In this document: positions 60,466 through 64,000 of the stretch, one piece after another | How positions within the stretch are numbered: position 1 is the first letter of the stretch | Layout of the letters: the number at the start of each line of letters is the position of its first letter | From: Bacillota bacterium | GTDB lineage: Bacteria > Bacillota > Dethiobacteria > Dethiobacterales > Dethiobacteraceae | Assembly (NCBI GenBank): GCA_018725565.1 | Contig: QLUR01000006.1 | Span: 7,902 to 71,901 of the forward strand | DNA length: 64,000 bases | Reading direction: 5' to 3' | Program-made: the position numbers and the translations under genes | The notes under the pieces: model-generated | Seen by the model: only the letters and a program-made list of their open reading frames with translations | Told to the model about the DNA's origin: nothing | Database searches by the model: none

Positions 60466-61587
60466 TCACTCAGCTTTGGTATAGCAGACGGGCTTACCTT
60501 CTTGGGAGAGGTACTCCCGTACAACTTGGCGGACCAGCTCTAAGCTGACATCCCTGAACAGCTCAACCTCTCCGCAGCGGCGCGGCAAAACAAAGACCAG
60601 CCGCTCGCCCTGCCGCTTCTTGTCCTGCCGCAGCGCGGCAAACAGCTTTTCTTCGTCGAGCCCTGGTGGGGCGGCCAGGACACCCAGGCGCCGGTAAAGC
60701 GACAATTGCCGCTGCGCTTCCGTCGGCGGCAGCACGCCTGACGCTTCCGCAATTTTTGTGGCCATCAGCATCCCGGCCAGCACCGCCTCCCCGTGCAGGT
60801 AGAAGTTAAAATCAGTCGCCGCCTCCAGGGCATGTCCCAGGGTGTGCCCGAAGTTCAAAATGGCGCGCACGCCTTCCTCCCGCTCATCGGCTGATACTAT
60901 GCGGCTCTTTAAGGCGCAGCACGTGGCTATCACCTCGGTCAGCACCTCCGGCTCTCTGTCCAGGAAGAGCTGCCAGTTATCCTCCAGAAAAGTGCAAAAC
61001 TGCTCACTTAAAATAATGCCGTATTTAATTACCTCGGCGGCGCCGGCCAGGTATTCGCGGGCCGGCAGTGTCTCCAGCACAGCCAGGTCAATCCAGACCA
61101 GCCGCGGCTGGTAGAAAGAGCCGATCAGATTCTTGCCAAGAGGATGATTGACCGCCACTTTGCCGCCCACGCTGCTGTCCACCTGTGCCAAAAGCGTTGT
61201 CGGGACCTGGACGAACGGCACACCGCGCAGGTAAGTGGCCGCCACAAAGCCGGCCAGGTCACCGACCACTCCGCCGCCAAGCGCTACGACCGCGCTGTGG
61301 CGGTCCAGGCCGGCCCGGATGGCCGAAGTGTAGAGCTGTTCGGCATATTGCAGCGTCTTGCCGGTCTCCCCGGACGGCAGCAGCTCGCGGACAACCTGGC
61401 AGCCTGCTTCTTTAAGAGTCAGCAACAGTTTTTCTCCGTGCAGCGGAAAAACCTGCTCGTCGCTCACCAGCAGCAGGCGGCCGGGAGGCAGGTTTTCCCG
61501 CCAGGCTTTTCCCAGTTCAGGAGACAGGTTGCTTCCGATATAGATCGGGTAACTTCGATTCCCCAAGGGCACCCACAGTACGCGCAT
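60466..61587 (-). CDS. aroB: 3-dehydroquinate synthase
   Basis: 373 aa, GGGVVGDLAGF, metal ligands in GHTLGHALE region. Confidence 0.9.
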   Translation of the reverse strand: MRVLWVPLGNRSYPIYIGSNLSPELGKAWRENLPPGRLLLVSDEQVFPLHGEKLLLTLKEAGCQVVRELLPSGETGKTLQYAEQLYTSAIRAGLDRHSAVVALGGGVVGDLAGFVAATYLRGVPFVQVPTTLLAQVDSSVGGKVAVNHPLGKNLIGSFYQPRLVWIDLAVLETLPAREYLAGAAEVIKYGIILSEQFCTFLEDNWQLFLDREPEVLTEVIATCCALKSRIVSADEREEGVRAILNFGHTLGHALEAATDFNFYLHGEAVLAGMLMATKIAEASGVLPPTEAQRQLSLYRRLGVLAAPPGLDEEKLFAALRQDKKRQGERLVFVLPRRCGEVELFRDVSLELVRQVVREYLSQEGKPVCYTKAE

Positions 61588-61607
61588 CTTTTCACCTCTC
61601 TATCAGG

Positions 61608-62768
61608 TCAGCGTTCTGTCAGCATACTATTATAAGCCGTCCAGTGCTCGCGCATCTCTTCCAACGAGTCTCCGCCCAGCTTTTCCCGCAGCGCGCAGGC
61701 TACTTCCCAAGCCACCACCGCCTCGCCCACAATGCTGGCGGCCGGCACGGCACAGACGTCGGAACGCTCCACGGCCGCCCGGCCGGGCCGATGAGTGTCT
61801 ATCTCTACGCTAGGCAGCGGTACCGTCAATGTGGGAATCGGCTTCATCGCCGCCCGCAGCACCAGCGGCTCCCCGTTCGTCACGCCGCCTTCTATTCCGC
61901 CCGCCCTGTTGCTGCGGCGAAAATAGCCGCGTCCGTCCTCGTACGCTATCTCGTCATGCACACGGGAGCCCGGCAGGCGCGCACACGCAAAGCCGCCGCC
62001 TACTTCAACTCCTTTTATCGCCTGCACACTCATCAGCGCCGCCGCCAGCCTCCCGTCCAGCTTACGGTCCCAGTGGACGTGGCTGCCCAAGCCTGCCGGA
62101 ACGCCTGTGACTACCACTTCAAAAACACCGCCCAGCGAGTCTCCGGCAGCCCGCTTTTCTTCAATCAGCGCCTGCATCGCTGCGGCCGCCTGGATATCCG
62201 GGCAACGCACCGGAGAACTGTCCACTTCGGGAGTAAGTGTTACCAGGTCTGCCGGGTCGGCGCCAACACTTGCCACTTCACCGATAGCCAGCACTTGCGA
62301 GGCCACCCGGATATTAAAAGCGGCCAGCAGCTGTCTGGCCACGGCTCCCACTGCCACCCGCGCCGCCGTTTCCCGGGCGCTGGCCCGCTCCAGCACATCG
62401 CGAATATCTTTCAGATTATACTTCAGCGCCGCGGCAAGGTCGGCGTGACCCGGACGGGGCAGCGTCACTCTGGCAAGTTCCTCCGGCTGCGTACCGACCG
62501 TCGCCATTTGGGCCAGCCAGTTATCATGGTCCCTGTTGGCAATCTGGATGGCCAGCGGGCTGCCGAGCGTCCGGCCGAAACGCAGCCCGGAAAGAAAGAC
62601 AGCCCGATCGCGTTCGATTTTCATCCTGCCGCCGCGGCCGAAGCCTCCCTGGCGGCGCTCCAGCTCCCGGTCCACGGCTGCCGTATCCAGCTGCAGGTTG
62701 GCGGGCAGGCCTTCCACAATGGTCAGCAGCGCCGGTCCGTGCGATTCCCCGGCTGTCAGATAACGCAT
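61608..62768 (-). CDS. aroC: chorismate synthase
   Basis: 386 aa, [30 protein letters not shown] motifs. Confidence 0.92.
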   Translation of the reverse strand: MRYLTAGESHGPALLTIVEGLPANLQLDTAAVDRELERRQGGFGRGGRMKIERDRAVFLSGLRFGRTLGSPLAIQIANRDHDNWLAQMATVGTQPEELARVTLPRPGHADLAAALKYNLKDIRDVLERASARETAARVAVGAVARQLLAAFNIRVASQVLAIGEVASVGADPADLVTLTPEVDSSPVRCPDIQAAAAMQALIEEKRAAGDSLGGVFEVVVTGVPAGLGSHVHWDRKLDGRLAAALMSVQAIKGVEVGGGFACARLPGSRVHDEIAYEDGRGYFRRSNRAGGIEGGVTNGEPLVLRAAMKPIPTLTVPLPSVEIDTHRPGRAAVERSDVCAVPAASIVGEAVVAWEVACALREKLGGDSLEEMREHWTAYNSMLTER

Positions 62769-62852
62769 GATGTTCTCCTCCTGTCAGGCCTGTCCCGGCA
62801 TTGTTTTTCCGCTCTAACAGCGGCTGGCGGCTTGTCCGCGTCACCCATGTGG

Positions 62853-63329
62853 TTAAACATTCGCCGCCTGTTCCAGCGCCAGCAGCTTCCTTTTCCACTC
62901 CAGTCCCCCGCTGTAGCCCACCAAGGCTCCGCCGGCCCCTACGACGCGATGACAAGGGATGACAAGCGGCGTCCGGTTGGCGGCCAGGGCCTGTCCGGCG
63001 GCCCGGGCCGCGCGCGGCGAACCGGCGGCGGCGGCAAGGTCACGGTAGGTCCGGCGTTCTCCGTAAGGAATAGCGGCAGCGCAAGCGAGGACGCGGGCAA
63101 AAAAGGGCGGGTAGCCGGTTTTTTCCACGGGGCAGGAAAAAGCAACCCGATTACCGGCAAAGTAGCTTGTCAGTTCGTCCTTCAGCCGCTGCAGCCAAGC
63201 CGGGTCTTGTTCCGTTATCAGGGGGTGACGGCCCGTATTTCCCGAGGGCAGGGACAGGCCGGACAAACCGGCTGGTGAAAAAACAAGCTCTACCATTCCC
63301 GTAAGTGTCGGCACAGAACGTCGTTCCAT
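62853..63329 (-). CDS. ogt: methylated-DNA--protein-cysteine methyltransferase
   Basis: 158 aa, IPYGERRTYRDLA and active site PCHRVV; true start may be the internal MVELVF. Confidence 0.88.
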   Translation of the reverse strand: MERRSVPTLTGMVELVFSPAGLSGLSLPSGNTGRHPLITEQDPAWLQRLKDELTSYFAGNRVAFSCPVEKTGYPPFFARVLACAAAIPYGERRTYRDLAAAAGSPRAARAAGQALAANRTPLVIPCHRVVGAGGALVGYSGGLEWKRKLLALEQAANV

Positions 63330-63344
63330 TTTAACGCCTCCCGC

Positions 63345-63794
63345 TCAGATGTGGTACATAAATCCTTCTCCCCGCATTTTACGCTGTTCCTCGCAAATAT
63401 CGGCCAGAGTCACGTCATCAAGTACGGCGTTAATCTGTTCCTTCACGCGGCACCAGACGAGGCGCATCACACATTCAGGGGCTCTGATGCAATCTTCGCT
63501 TCCAGTTCCTTCCAAAACGCATTCGGTCGGTGAGATGGGGCCTTCCAGAACGCGGATGATATCACCCAAGGTGATTTCTTCAGGTGAGCGGCCAAGCCGG
63601 TAGCCCCCCTGCGCACCCCGTACGCTGTGCACCAGGCCGGCTTTTTTCAGGCTGGCAAACAGGTGCTCCAGGTACTTTTCTGAAATGTGCTCACGCTGGG
63701 CCACGCTTTTCAAAGTGACCGCCCCCTCCTGGCTGTGCATGGCCAGGTCGAACATGGCGCGCACACCGTACCTTCCTTTAGTTGATAGCCTCAT
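63345..63794 (-). CDS. Rrf2-family transcriptional regulator with three-Cys cluster motif
   Basis: 149 aa, MRLSTKGRYGVRAM wHTH, C-x9-C-x5-C (TECVLEGTGSEDCIRAPEC). Confidence 0.85.
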   Translation of the reverse strand: MRLSTKGRYGVRAMFDLAMHSQEGAVTLKSVAQREHISEKYLEHLFASLKKAGLVHSVRGAQGGYRLGRSPEEITLGDIIRVLEGPISPTECVLEGTGSEDCIRAPECVMRLVWCRVKEQINAVLDDVTLADICEEQRKMRGEGFMYHI

Positions 63795-63819
63795 TTTTCG
63801 ACCTCGCCTTCAATTCAGA

Positions 63820-64000
63820 CTACAGCGGCAGCACGAACCGTTTTCTGCCGGCAAAGGTGGTTACACCGGAGAAACCGAGTTCCTTTAACAAAGATACAGC
63901 TTGTGAAAGCCCTGCTCCCACATCTTGCGGGCAGTGGGCGTCAGACCCCAAGGTTACCGGAATGCCAAGCCTTAAACACTCCCGCAGAAATGCTTCGCTC
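63820..64000 (-). CDS. PHP-family (histidinol-phosphatase-like) protein, C-terminal 59 codons only
   Basis: hand translation: ...SEAFLRECLRLGIPVTLGSDAHCPQDVGAGLSQAVSLLKELGFSGVTTFAGRKRFVLPL*, stop at 63820-63822; GSDAH is the last PHP metal motif; 5' part beyond window. Confidence 0.55.
   Translation of the reverse strand, partial: SEAFLRECLRLGIPVTLGSDAHCPQDVGAGLSQAVSLLKELGFSGVTTFAGRKRFVLPL

Overview
This window looks like chromosomal DNA from a moderately high-GC, probably thermophilic, spore-forming Clostridia-type Firmicute. The taxon is a guess from gene order and protein style. About 80 % of it is a minus-strand housekeeping backbone:
- the dcw cell-wall cluster (mraZ-rsmH-ftsL-PBP-murE-murF-mraY-murD-ftsW-murG-murB-murA)
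- resA/ccdA, a csoR-family gene with mgtE, and hisS-aspS
- a TusA-like/ThiF pair and a TPP-riboswitch-controlled thiSGHE operon
- relA, recJ, secDF, aroBC, ogt and an Rrf2 regulator

Four accessory or unusual blocks interrupt this backbone.
1. At about 21.3-34.0 kb lies a plus-strand island of visibly lower GC, next to an IS1634-like transposase wreck. It encodes a complete fructose-6-P to GDP-mannose route, two GT4 glycosyltransferases (one fused to a large unknown C-terminal domain) and two GH130 beta-mannoside-phosphorylase-type domains (one at the end of a 1194-aa protein). It has no export, flippase or lipid-carrier genes, so I read it as a candidate cytoplasmic mannoside synthesis/phosphorolysis cycle. 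This is the best candidate for an undescribed system.
2. At 34.0-39.0 kb, a NuoEF/HydBC-type flavin/Fe-S module is coupled to a stand-alone glutamate-synthase FMN-domain protein and an orphan EncFtn-like ferritin.
3. At 39.2-41.8 kb, a four-domain CoA-disulfide-reductase/rhodanese/TusA/DsrE fusion sits behind a perfect 21-bp ATACCC...GGGTAT palindrome.
4. At 58.3-60.4 kb, an islet holds two HEPN/MNT modules and gene fragments.

Smaller items:
- a terminator-containing leader before csoR-mgtE
- five tandem perfect hairpins upstream of the thi promoter
- a duplicated 30-nt promoter-like motif
- a homopolymer frameshift in a CPA2 antiporter
- a transporter whose best start is an ATA codon

No rRNA, tRNA or CRISPR array was seen. 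All family assignments rest on motif recognition by eye, not on searches.
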